From Macrostomum lignano (Eukaryota): DNA of 64,000 nt. This document shows, piece by piece, positions 38,739-50,695 of the stretch. The notes under the pieces were generated by a model that saw only the letters and a program-made list of their open reading frames with translations, was not told where the DNA came from and searched no databases. The translations under genes were made by a program, and so were the position numbers. Positions within the stretch are counted from its first letter, which is position 1; the number at the start of each line of letters is the position of its first letter. Where the stretch lies: the NCBI GenBank assembly GCA_002269645.1, contig NIVC01002329.1:1-64000 (forward strand), given 5' to 3'.

Positions 38739-41270
38739 AGTTTGAGCGACTGGCTAATTGATAGCTACTGAGTTTGAGCGACTGACTAATTGATAGCTAC
38801 TGAGTTTGAGTGACTGACTAATTGATAGCTACTGAGTTTGAGTGACTGACTAATTGATAGCTACTGAGTTTGAGTGACTGACTAATTGGCAGCTACTGAG
38901 TTTGAGTGACTGACTAATTGATAGCTACTGAGTTTGAGTGACTGACTAATTGATAGCTACTGAGTTTGAGTGACTGACTAATTGGTAGCTACTGAGTTTG
39001 AGTGACTGACTAATTGGTAGCTACTGAGTTTGAGTGACTGACTAATTGGTAGCTACTGAGTTTGAGCGACTGACTAATTGATAGCTACTGAATTTGAGTA
39101 ACTGACTAATTGATAGCTACTGAGTTTGAGTGACTGACTAATTGATAGCTACTGAGTTTGAGTGACTGACTAATTCACAGCTACTGAGTTTGAGCGACTG
39201 ACTAATTGATAGCTACTGAGTTTGAGTGACTGACTAATTGGTAGCTACTGAGTTTGAGTGACTGACTAATTGATAGCTACTGAGTTTGAGTTACTGACTA
39301 ATTGATAGCTACTGAGTTTGAGTGACTGACTAATTGGTAGCTACTGAGTTTGAGTGACTGACTAATTGGTAGCTACTGAGTTTGAGTGACTGACTAATTG
39401 ATAGCTACTGAGTTTGAGTGACTGACTAATTGATAGCTACTGAGTTTGAGTGACTGACTAATTGATAGCTACTGAGTTTGAGTGACTGACTAATTGATAG
39501 CTACTGAGTTTGAGTTACTGACTAATTGGTAGCTACTGAGTTTGAGTGACTGACTAATTGATAGCTACTGAGTTTGAGTTACTGACTAATTGATAGCTAC
39601 TGAGTTTGAGTGACTGACTAATTGGTAGCTACTGAGTTTGAGTGACTGACTAATTGGTAGCTACTGAGTTTGAGTGACTGACTAATTGATAGCTACTGAG
39701 TTTGAGTGACTGACTAATTGATAGCTACTGAGTTTGAGTGACTGACTAATTGGTAGCTACTGAGTTTGAGTGACTGACTAATTGGTAGCTACTGAGTTTG
39801 AGTGACTGACTAATTGATAGCTACTGAGTTTGAGTGACTGACTAATTGATAGCTACTGAGTTTGAGTGACTGACTAATTGGTAGCTACTGAGTTTGAGTG
39901 ACTGACTAATTGATAGCTACTGAGTTTGAGTGACTGACTAATTGGTAGCTACTGCTACTAATTGATAGCTACTGAGTTTGAGTGACTGACTAATTGGTAG
40001 CTACTGAGTTTGAGTGACTGGTTAATTGATAGCTACTGAGTTTGAGTGACTGACTAATTCATAGCTACTGAGTTTGAGTAACTGACTAATTGATAGCTAC
40101 TGAGTTTGAGTGACTGACTAATTGATAGCTACTGAGTTTGAGTGACTGACTAATTGGTAGCTACTGAGTTTGAGTGACTGACTAATTGGTAGCTACTGAG
40201 TTTGAGCGACTGACTAATTGATAGCTACTGAGTTTGAGTGACTGACTAATTGATAGCTACTGAGTTTGAGTGACTTACTAATTGATAGCTACTGAGTTTG
40301 AGTGACTGACTAATTGATAGCTACTGAGTTTGAGTGACTGACTAATTGATAGCTACTGAGTTTGAGTGACTGACTAATTGGTAGCTACTGAGTTTGAGTG
40401 ACTGACTAATTGATAGCTACTGAGTTTGAGTGACTGACTAATTGGTAGCTACTGAGTTTGAGTGACTGACTAATTGATAGCTACTGAGTTTGAGTGACTG
40501 ACTAATTGATAGCTACTGAGTTTGAGTGACTGACTAATTGATAGCTACTGAGTTTGAGTGACTGACTAATTGATAGCTACTGAGTTTGAGTGACTGACTA
40601 ATTGATAGCTACTGAGTTTGAGTGACTGACTAATTGATAGCTACTGAGTTTGAGTGACTGACTAATTCACAGCTACTGAGTTTGAGCGACTGACTAATTG
40701 ATAGCTACTGAGTTTGAGTGACTGACTAATTGATAGCTACTGAGTTTGAGTGACTGACTAATTGGTAGCTACTGAGTTTGAGTGACTGACTAATTCATAG
40801 CTACTGAGTTTGAGTGACTGACTAATTGATAGCTACTGAGTTTGAGTGACTGACTAATTGATAGCTACTGAGTTTGAGTGACTGACTAATTGATAGCTAC
40901 TGAGTTTGAGTGACTGACTAATTGGTAGCTACTGAGTTTGAGTGACTGACTAATTGGTAGCTACTGAGTTTGAGTGACTGACTAATTGATAGCTACTGAG
41001 TTTGAGTGACTGACTAATTGATAGCTACTGAGTTTGAGTGACTGACTAATTGGTAGCTACTGAGTTTGAGTGACTGACTAATTGATAGCTACTGAGTTTG
41101 AGTGACTGACTAATTGGTAGCTACTGAGTTTGAGTGACTGACTAATTGATAGCTACTGAGTTTGAGTGACTGACTAATTGATAGCTACTGAGTTTGAGTT
41201 ACTGACTAATTCATAGCTACTGAGTTTGAGTGACTGACTAATTGGTAGCTACTGAGTTTGAGTGACTGGT
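38739..41270. repeat. 32-bp minisatellite GAGTTTGAGTGACTGACTAATTGATAGCTACT (about 79 copies)
   Basis: Directly visible; begins about 9 bp after the GPCR donor. Confidence 0.97.
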
Positions 41271-41739
41271 TAATGAACTCATGTTGCTGTCGTGCTCCCT
41301 GCCGAACCGTTGGCCTCCTCGTGCTCGCAAGAGGCTCTTCTTGGACGGCGGCACTAACGCTTTGCCGAGGGTCTCCCTGTCGCGGCCCATTACACAGCGA
41401 CTAGCTGTGGCACACAGCTGTGGCATGTTTTTCTGCAGCCTGTCGGTTCGCGTCTTCCCCAAATCCTTTTTTGACTGCGGCTCTGCTTTTCGACGCTTCT
41501 GGATTGACTCTCTATGATCGAAGAGCTCTCGCTCTCTCGGTCTCTGTTCATCCTTGAAGCTGCTCGCTCGGGCGTGTCCGAGCTCAGAGAGGCTGAGCTA
41601 CCCCCCCCCCTCCCAGCCTGGGGCCACATCTGCTCCTCTCTGTTCTTTCCGTTAATGCGTCTGTCTCTGCTTCATCACTCATGAGCTCATTTGTGAGCAC
41701 ATGTTCTCATAAACTCACTCAGGAACTCAGCACTCATAA

Positions 41740-41900
41740 AGTCACTCTGGAAGTCAGGGACTAAGGTTGCTCATAAAGTCACTCTGGAAGTCAGAGACTA
41801 AGGCTGCTCATAAAGTCACTCTGGAAGTCAGGGACTAAGGTTGCTCATAAAGTCACTCTGGAAGTCAGAGACTAAGGTTGCTCATAAAGTCACGCTGGAA
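41740..41900. repeat. Short tandem array, about 37-bp unit GCTCATAAAGTCACTCTGGAAGTCAGGGACTAAGGTT
   Basis: 4-5 copies visible. Confidence 0.85.
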
Positions 41901-42602
41901 GTCAGGAAGCTAGGATCTCATGAGTTCAAAAACTCACTCATGAACTCGGTGAGGGACTTATGAAGTCATGAATGCTGTCATGAGCTCACTCCTTCGTTAA
42001 TTTATTCGCTAGCAAATCCACCGCTCAATCGCATTGAGTCAGTAACTCGTTAGCTCCAGCTTCAGTTTATTCCTGCTGCATCGTCTCATCCCTTGGGATC
42101 GCTCGTGCCGGCCGGCAAAGCCTTTTTGGGGCTGCGGCTTCTTGCGAGAGTTTCGGTAATCCGATCGCCAAGTTCATTTGATTGCTAGGAGAGTTAGTTA
42201 GCTTGCTTTCCCCCATACCGAGGCCGGGGAAGGATTGACCCTCGAAAATGAGGGAGAGATGGAGAGATGGAGTGCGGAGAGTCTGGAATAAGTTTGGCCC
42301 TTGCTCTGTGCTAAGCGAGCACTCGATAAGACAGCCACGGCAAAGTCGCCTCCGCCGCTGCCCACTTCTCTGGCTGAGAGTCAGAAAAGGCGATGCTGAA
42401 AAGCTGGGAGAAGAGTGCCTGGCGGGGAGTAAAGAGGCGAGAGAGGGCAGGGCTGAGCAGACAGACCCCAGCTGTCCCCAACCCTCTTCCCTTCCTATTG
42501 CACCGAGCAAATCTGGGACTGGCATGGGAGAGCAACTAACTAACTTGCCGTCCCTCCCGATCCAGAAACTCCCCTTCTTGGACTGGACTATCGTGAAGCT
42601 TG

Positions 42603-42616
42603 GTTGCCATGGAAAC
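42603..42616. promoter_or_regulatory. RFX X-box-like motif GTTGCCATGGAAAC in GPCR intron 1
   Basis: Perfect match to GTHNYYATRRNAAC, inside a GC-rich non-repetitive island. Motif match only. Confidence 0.35.
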
Positions 42617-42889
42617 AGGCTCACTGCCCTGACAGTGCAAGCTGCTTATCGAGCTATTCGACACTAAATAGGGAGGATTACTAGTGGCTACTGCTGAGCG
42701 CTCAATCAGTCACTTTCTGAAAAGAGAAAAGAGACAGAGACAAACAGTAAATGTTTGATTGAATCAGAGATATATTGACTGAAGACTGATTCTATTTCAG
42801 ATTATGATCCTTAAAGCTATATATCTACTGCTGTGATATGAAAGCTATATAAATATCCGAAATCTCACGGGTTGGAACCCAAATCCAGC

Positions 42890-43875
42890 CCTAGATAAGA
42901 AAACCCCTACTTACACCCTAGATAAGAAAACCCCTACTTACACCCTAGATAAGAAAACCCCTACTTACACCCTAGATAAGAAAACTCCAACGATCACCCT
43001 AGATAAGAAAACCCCTACTTACACCCTAGATAAGAAAACCCCTACTTACACCCTAGATAAGAAAACCCCTACTTACACCCTAGATAAGAAAACTCCAACG
43101 ATCACCCTAGATAAGAAAACCCCTACTTACACCCTAGATAAGAAAACTCCAACGATCACTCTAGATAAGAAAACCCCTACTTACACCCTAGATAAGAAAA
43201 CCCCTACTTACACCCTAGATAAGAAAACTCCAACGATCACCCTAGATAAGAAAACCTAACCCTAAATAAGAAAACTCATACCCTAACCCTAAATAAGAAA
43301 ACCCCAACCCTAACCCTAAATAAGAAAACCCCAACCCTAACCCTAAATAAGAAAACCCCAACCTTAACCCTAGATAAGAAACCCCTACCCTAACCCTAGA
43401 TAAGAAAACCCCAACCCTCACCCTAAATAAGAAAACCCCAACCCTCACCCTAGATAAGAAAACCCCTACCCTCACCCTAGATAAGAAAACCCCAACCCTA
43501 ACCCTAGTTAAGAAAACCCAACCCTAACCCTAAATAAGAAAACCTTAACCCTAACCCTAAATAAGAAAACCCCAACCCTAACCCTAGATAAGATAACCCC
43601 AACCCTAACCTTAAGATAAGAAAACCCCTACCCTCACCCTAAATAAGAAAACCCCTACCCTCACCCTAGATAAGAAAACCCCAACCCTAACCTTAAGATA
43701 AGAAAACCCCTACCCTCACCCTAAATAAGAAAACCCCAACCCTAACCCTAGATAAGAAAACCCCTACCTTCACCCTAAATAAGAAAACCCCTACCCTCAC
43801 CCTAGATAAGAAAACCCCAACCCTAACCTTAAGATAAGAAAACCCCTACCCTCACCCTAGATAAGAAAACCCCTT
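42890..43875. repeat. 27-bp minisatellite CCCTAGATAAGAAAACCCC(TACTTACA / AACCCTAA)
   Basis: Directly visible; the right half contains CCCTAACCCTA runs. Confidence 0.95.
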
Positions 43876-43971
43876 TAGAAGCTCACATTTAGAAGCTCAC
43901 CCAGTTAAAACCAAAGATTCTGAAAAAGTTGTCACTCAAATGACATGCAAATTAACTATCAATCCATCAAG

Positions 43972-44200
43972 GTACTCGCTGGACTTCGCTACTCAAATCT
44001 GTCAGTGAGTCCGCCGCTAGTGATGTACGCCCAGCTCAGCACAACTCTATCCGGCGTCTTTAATCCGCTTATCTACGCAGTCTGCTCGCACAGTTACCGG
44101 GAAGGCTACCTGCGCGTCTTCTGCGGCTGCTGCTGCTGCTGCCGCAGGTGCCGGTGGTGGTGCTTCAGGTGCTGCATCGGCAGCGGGGGCGGCGGCAGAG
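43972..44200 (+). CDS. Orphan GPCR exon 2 (ECL3, TM7 NPLIY, helix 8, Cys-rich tail)
   Basis: Acceptor ccatcaAG, phase 0; GVFNPLIYAVCSHSYREGY. Donor G|GTGAGC, phase 1. Confidence 0.88.
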
Positions 44201-44219
44201 GTGAGCTCTGGTTTCTGCT

Positions 44220-44530
44220 CCGCTCGTAGTGGTAAACACAGTCTGTTGCTATGGTGATAAACAGAGTTGTACGCTCGTAGCTATGGTAAACATAATCTGT
44301 AGCTATGTTAAACACAGTCTGTAGCTATGTTAAACACAGTATCTAGCTACCCTGGTATGTTAAACACAGTATCTAGCTATGGTAAACACAATCTGTAGCT
44401 ATGGTAAACACAGCATGTAGCTATGGTAAACACAGCATGTAGCTATGGTAAACACAGCATGTAGCTATGGTAAACACAATTTGTTACTATGGTAAACACA
44501 GTATGTAGCTATGGCAACCACAGTCTGTAG
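44220..44530. repeat. About 22-bp tandem repeat GTAGCTATGGTAAACACAGTCT
   Basis: Directly visible, starting about 20 bp after the exon 2 donor. Confidence 0.88.
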
Positions 44531-44739
44531 CTACAGTGGAGGGTATGTTTTTGGTTGTTTATTTTAGGAAATGAGCTTGTTAGTCTGGTTTACTTGACGA
44601 AATATGTGGAACCTGAATGATGACAGAAGTCTAAATTAATGACTTTTGTCAACCAGTAATTGTCAGGATTAGTGGCTGCAAGTTAACATCTGGAATCTGT
44701 TGCTCTCGCTGGCATTGACTTTTAGGAATGTTCGCTTGG

Positions 44740-45297
44740 GAATCCAGGCACTCAGGAATCCAAGCACTCGGGAATCCATGCACTCAGGAATCCAGGCACT
44801 AGGGAATCCAGGCACTAGGGAATCCAGGCACTCGGGAATCCAAGCACTCGGGAATCCAGGCACTCGGGAATCCATGCACTTGGGAATCCAGGCACGCGGG
44901 AATCCAAGCACTCAGGAATCCAAGCACTCAGGAATCCAAGCACTCAGGAATCCAAGCACTCGGGAATCCAGGCACTAGGGAATCCAGGCACTCGGGAATC
45001 CAGGCACTCGGGAATCCAGGCACTCGGGAATCCAGGCACTCGGGAATCCAGGCACTCGAGAATCCAAGCACTCGGGAATCCAAGCACTAAGGAATCCAGG
45101 CACTCGGGAATCCGGGCACTCGGGAATCCAGGCACTCGGGAATCCAGGCACTCGGGAATCCAGGCACTCGGGAATCCAGGCACTCGGGAATCCAGGCACT
45201 CGGGAATCCAGGCACTCGAGAATCCAAGCACTCGGGAATCCAAGCACTAAGGAATCCAGGCACTCGGGAATCCGGGCACTCGGGAATCCAGGCATTC
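44740..45297. repeat. 16-bp minisatellite CTCGGGAATCCAGGCA
   Basis: Directly visible; ends about 35 bp before the exon 3 acceptor. Confidence 0.95.
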
Positions 45298-45330
45298 AGT
45301 CTCTAGATGTATTTTACAATTGCTTCCCAG

Positions 45331-45764
45331 CGGCCCTGGGAAGCTCTGACGACGATCCAATCGACCTTCCTATTTCCTCGGCAATGGCGGCCGCCGCTGT
45401 CGGCGCGCCTTCGTCATCGTCGTCGGCAGCGCCAGGCAGCGGCTTCGGCGGCCTTCCTCGCGACCAGACGGTGCACAGCCTGCTGCCGCATTCCGCCAGC
45501 AGCCGCTTCAGCGGCATCGCCTGCTCGATTGCGGCAGCTTCTACGAGACCCGCCGCCACCGCCGCCACCGCCGCCGCCACCGCCGCCGCCGCCGCTGCTA
45601 ACTCTTCCTCCGCAGACTCTGGCTCCGGCTACGCCCAGCTGGGGCCACAGTCGGACGGCGAAGAGGGGGCGGCAGCGGCTGCAACAGAAGAGAAACCGGC
45701 CGCGACACGCAACTTCGAAGAGCATTGCAACAGCAATCAGGAGGCTGGCACAGAGACTGTCTGA
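45331..45764 (+). CDS. Orphan GPCR exon 3 (Ala/Ser-rich C-terminal tail, stop)
   Basis: Acceptor tgcttcccAG, phase 1, continues into ORF 45384-45764. Joined CDS is 1518 nt = 505 aa. Confidence 0.75.
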
Positions 45765-45799
45765 CTGCGCTGTCCTGCATACAAGGGAGGCGGGTTAAC

Positions 45800-46490
45800 G
45801 TGACCACCTGAATAACCAGGCGCCTCCTCACCCTACCTGAATAATCAGGCACATCCTCACCCTACCTGAATAATCAGGCACCTCCTCACCCTACCTGAAT
45901 AATCAGGCGCCTCCTCACCCCACCTGAATAATCAGGCACCTCCTCACCCTACCTGAATAATCAGGCACCTCCTCACCCTACCTGAATAATCAGGCACCTC
46001 CTCACCCTACCTGAATAATCTGGCGCATCCTCACCCTACCTGAAAAATCAGGCGCCTCCTCACCCTACCTGAAAAATCAGGCACCTCCTCACCCCACCTG
46101 AATAATCAGGCACCTCCTCACCCTACCTGAATAATCAGGCACCTCCTCACCCTACCTGAATAATCAGGCACCTCCTCACCCTACCTGAATAATCTGGCGC
46201 ATCCTCACCCTACCTGAAAAATCTGGCGCCTCCTCACCCTACCTGAAAAATCAGGCACCTCCTCACCCTACCTGAATAATCAGGCGCCTCCTCACCCTAC
46301 CTGAATAATCAGGCACCTCCTCACCCTACCTGAATAATCTGGCGCATCCTCACCCTACCTGAAAAATCAGGCGCCTCCTCACCCTACCTGAAAAATCAGG
46401 CACCTCCTCACCCTACCTGAATAATCAGGCGCCTCCTCACCCTACCTGAAAAATCAGGCGCCTCCTCACCCTACCTGAAAAGTCAGGTGA
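45800..46490. repeat. 29-bp minisatellite CTACCTGAATAATCAGGCACCTCCTCACC (internal CCTGA/TCAGG inverted repeat)
   Basis: Directly visible. Confidence 0.95.
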
Positions 46491-47499
46491 TTCTAGATTC
46501 TGAGAATCATCTGCTGATTCTAGACATGAAAAAGTACACTATGTCTACCATCTGCGCATGAAGGTTCGTTTTTATAAAAATCAATTGTGAATAACGCAAA
46601 TACATCATATTTCGTCTCATAAACAGAAACTCGCATAGATGCTCACATTCTTTCAAGTTCTCATTTGTGACAATCTTCAAAGCATATGAGCAACGACTTG
46701 AGAACTAGTATTGTAAATGTGTTTTTCTTTAATGCGTGCACATTTTACTACTGTCAGTAGTGGCGAATTGTGTTAAAAACTGAAAAAATTATTTAATTGA
46801 TACTTTAAAGTCTGTTGATGTTGTGCATTGCATTTTTTGCTGTTAAACTGAAGTGCAAATCGACATGTTTGACAAAAAAACACGAGAAAAATAAATATCG
46901 GAATGCGTCATTAGATACCATTAGTTACGAACTAGCAAATAAACTATTGTGACACCTGTAATACAGGGACAAATATTAATAATTAACAAAATCGAATTCC
47001 TTCTGAATTATTTTAAATGTAAAAAATCAAGCTAAATAATATACCAGCATTCATCTGATGCGGTCACAACTACACAGGTACAAATACACTCGGTAAGGAC
47101 AACAATCTAATTAATGAACACTTCAACACGAAAATAAGGTTAGCCGCTGGACAAAGGTGCGAACAAATCTGAACCAAACAGAGTACGGGGGAGCTTTAAA
47201 ATTATCGCGGAAAAGACACAACGTAGCAAAACTCAACTCAGTGCATACGGCTGGTGCGCCAAGGACTGCTAAATGTAACAGACCTTACTAGTTCACAAGA
47301 GCGTTCGCGACTCAGTTTGCTAATTAACATATTATAATTATTACTTAAAGTAATCCTTAATTAGGGCTATTATCTGCACAGTCAAGTCCTTAGTGCTAAA
47401 CAAAAATACATTATTTAAAATAATGCGATGGACGGTTCGATATTATACGATCGATTTATAATGTTTTGAAGCCTAGATGACTAATCTTAGGAAAATTAT

Positions 47500-48605
47500 C
47501 CACAGTCCGTGAAAATCCGATGACAAAGTGGGGAAATCCGATGACAATCTGGAGGAATCCGATGTCAAAATGGGGAAATCCGATGGCAATCCCGGGAAAT
47601 CTGATGACAATTTGGGGGAATCCGATGACAATCTGGGGGAATCCGATGACAATTTGGGGGAATCCGATGACAATCTGGGGGAATCCGATGACAATCTGGG
47701 GGAATCCGATGACAATATGGAGAAATCTGATGACAATCTGTCGCAATCCGATGACAATCTGGGGGAATCCAATGACAATTTGGGGGAATCCGATGACAAT
47801 CTGGGGGAATCCGATGACAATTTGGGGGAATCCGATGACAATCTGGGGGAATCCGATGACAATCTGGGGGAATCCGATGACAATATGGAGAAATCTGATG
47901 ACAATCTGTCGCAATCCGATGACAATCTGGGGGAATCCAATGACAATTTGGGGGAATCCGATGACAATCTGGGGGAATCCGATGACAATTTGGGGGAATC
48001 CGATGACAATCTGGGGGAATCCGATGACAATCTGGGGGAATCCGATGACAATATGGAGAAATCTGATGACAATCTGTCGCAATCCGATGACAATCTGGGG
48101 GAATCCAATGACAATCTGGGGGAATCCTATGACAATCTGGGGGAATCCGATGACAATATGGGAGAATCCGATGACAATCTGGGGGAAACCGACGACAATT
48201 TTCTGGGGGAATCCGATGACAATCTGGGGCAATCCGATAACAATCTGGGGGAATCCGATGACAATATGGAGAAATCCGATGACAATCTGGGGGAATCCGA
48301 TGACAATATGGGGAAATCCGATGAAAATCTGGGGGAATCCGATGACAATCCGGGGAAATCCGATGACTAAATGGAGAAAATCCGATGACAACATTGGGGA
48401 ATCCGGTGACAATATGGGGAATCCGGTGACAATATGGGGAATCCGGTGACAATATGGGGAATCCGGTGACAATATGGGGAATCCGGTGACAATATGGGGA
48501 ATCCGGTGACAATATGGGGAATCCGGTGACAATATGGGGAATCCGGTGACAATATGGGGAATCCGGTGACAATATGGGGAATCCGGTGACAATATGGGGA
48601 ATCGA
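47500..48605. repeat. 21-bp minisatellite GAATCCGATGACAATCTGGGG with 168-bp higher-order repeat, grading into a 20-bp unit ATCCGGTGACAATATGGGGA
   Basis: Variant block ATGGAGAAATCTGATGACAATCTGTCGC recurs at about 47714, 47882 and 48050. Confidence 0.95.
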
Positions 48606-48987
48606 CTGACAAATCTCAGAAAATCCGAAAATTTTGAAAATATCGAACATTGAACAAGTAATGAGCTATCAGCCGAATGGCTCATACCAATATCAAAAAT
48701 AGTTTTAAATGTCGGTAGATTTTCACACGGTTGAAATTCTAGATGATACAGTTTTAGCCCGGATTTTTGTTCAGTTCAAAGGGCCTGGTGCTGTATGCAG
48801 TGCACATCATACGTGTACATCAATACATCACCGCCTTCCTGGGCCTTTGGACTGCGAATACAAGCGATAAAATACATGTACGCTTGTAAAGTTGCGTTAC
48901 AAAACAAAGAAGCGAGAGCTACATGTATTTGTTTGAAAAATTAGTGTCAAAAATGTGTTTTTACGCCTAGCGATTTAAAACGACTGG

Positions 48988-49385
48988 CTAAGCAGTGGCG
49001 TTGCCGCCATCTCCGGCCAGGGGAGCCACCTCGTCCGCCGGCTTCTTGTCGTTGTCTTCGTCGCTGCTGCTGCTGTAGTCCTGGTCGCTCCGGTTTCTCA
49101 CCCGCCGCAGCTCCATAGCCTCGGTCTGCTGGGCCATGGACACACCATGGTTGGCGTTGGCCGGCACGCAGCCCAGTCGTTTGCCGAGCGGAGTGGAGGC
49201 GAATGCCGAACGAAATTCGGCGTTGACAGCGAAGTAGGCCAGCGCTGAGGTGGCCATGCCAGCCTTGGCCAGGAGCAGAGCGGCAGTGGACAGCCCCAGG
49301 TAGAGGCCGCTGTCAATGTGGAGCAGGCTGAGCAGGCTGCAGGCAGCCAGGATTGAGTAGGGCGTCCAGCAGACCATGAAGCCCA
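48988..49385 (-). CDS. Opsin last exon (TM6, TM7 with retinal-binding Lys, helix 8, C-tail)
   Basis: (V)GFMVCWTPY...LLLAKAGMATSALAYFAVNAEFR aligns without gaps to rhodopsin 291-314, K296 codon at 49264-49266. Acceptor cttgccAG, phase 1. Confidence 0.88.
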
Positions 49386-49387
49386 CT

Positions 49388-49900
49388 GGCAAGGGTTTTG
49401 GTGGCTTTTAGTCAATGTTCTTAGGGTTTTTGGCAAGGTTTTGGTGGATTTTAGTCAATGCTCTTAGGGTTTTTGGCAAGGGTTTTGGTTTCTTTTAGTC
49501 AATGTTCTTAGGGTTTTTGGCAAGGGTTTTGGTGGATTTTAGTCAATGCTCTTAGGGTTTTTGGCAAGGGTTTTGGTTTCTTTTAGTCAATGTTTTTAGG
49601 GTTTTTGGCAAGGGTTTTGGTGGCTTTTAGTCAATGCTCTTAGGGTTTTTGGCAAGGGTTTTGGTGGCTTTTAGTCAATGTTCTTAGGGTTTTTGGCAAG
49701 GGTTTTGGTGGATTTTAGTCAATGCTCTTAGGGTTTTTGGCAAGGGTTTTGGTTTCTTTTCGTCAATGTTTTTAGGGTTTTTGGCAAGGGTTTTGGTGGC
49801 TTTTAGTCAATGCTCTTAGGGTTTTTGGCAAGGGTTTTGGTGGCTTTTAGTCAGTGTTCTTAGGAGTTTTTGGCAAGGGTTTTGGTGGCTTTTAGCAAGA
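49388..49900. repeat. 44-bp minisatellite GGGTTTTTGGCAAGGGTTTTGGTGGCTTTTAGTCAATGCTCTTA abutting the opsin acceptor
   Basis: About 11 copies; the last unit runs into the splice AG. Confidence 0.95.
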
Positions 49901-50403
49901 ATATTTAAGGGGCTTATTTTTAGGAATTTAGCAAGTGTTCTAGGGGAGATTTTGGGCATTGTGCATCGGAAGCTTTCGTAGGCATTTTTGGTAGTCGGAT
50001 ATGAACGTGCACTGAAAAGTCCGTTTTGGTCTAGAATAATGTACTGTTTGTACTTTTAATGTTACTTCCCCTACTCTTTCTCTGCAGAGCACAGTGCACA
50101 TAGGAAGCTAATGGGCACTTGGCCAGGTAACAGTCAAGGACCGCTAGTCGTCCTACTAAAGCACCACTTAAGTAGTCCTTGATGAATCCGTCTGCTTGCT
50201 CTTCGTCGGTTTTTGTTCTTTTCTGCGCTGTAACGTGCCGTAAAATAGGAGACTTTATTTTCCCGAGCGATGGAACTGGAGGTAAAGTTGATAAGCTACA
50301 GCTGGTGTTTACAGTAGCAATATCTACTAAGGCGGGAACTCCCCTTGATAAATTTTTGCTGCGAATTTCAAGAAAAAATTTCTTTTTGTTTCGAACCTTC
50401 AAA

Positions 50404-50695
50404 GATATTCAGCGATTCTGCCAGAAGGTCGGATTTATCCCATAAGCGCTAGTACAGTGTATTCAACACATCCCTGTGCGCCAATCAGCACTGCGCCTCA
50501 GTGCAGCCTTGCCAAGCCTCCAAATTTCATCAGCACGTCGACTGCATCTGTCTGCATCAGCTCTGGTTTCATTGGTCCCTGGTCTTCACCCGGGCGGAGC
50601 TTCTGGACCTTCAAGATGTGGCAATAGGTGACTATGGAGTCATGGACGCTCCAACCGAAACTAGAAAATAGGACTCTAGTTTCGCTGATCAAGCC
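50404..50695. repeat. Dispersed repeat, copy A (paralogous to 60161-60430)
   Basis: Colinear similarity over at least 230 bp (GATATTC...GTGCAGCCTTGCCAAGCCTCCAAATTTCATCAGCAC...GGCAATAGGTGACTAT). Confidence 0.85.

Noticed and set aside
41280-42680. GC-rich islands in GPCR intron 1 with short ORFs on both strands (possible nested gene or TE)
   Set aside because: No recognisable domain, consistent splice pair, TIR or LTR; left unannotated.
47456-48685. GESDDNL-repeat and related ORFs resembling acidic biomineral or adhesive proteins
   Set aside because: The 21-bp unit is open in five frames on both strands, which is what a 3n minisatellite gives; no signal peptide or unique domain. Transcription cannot be excluded without RNA data.
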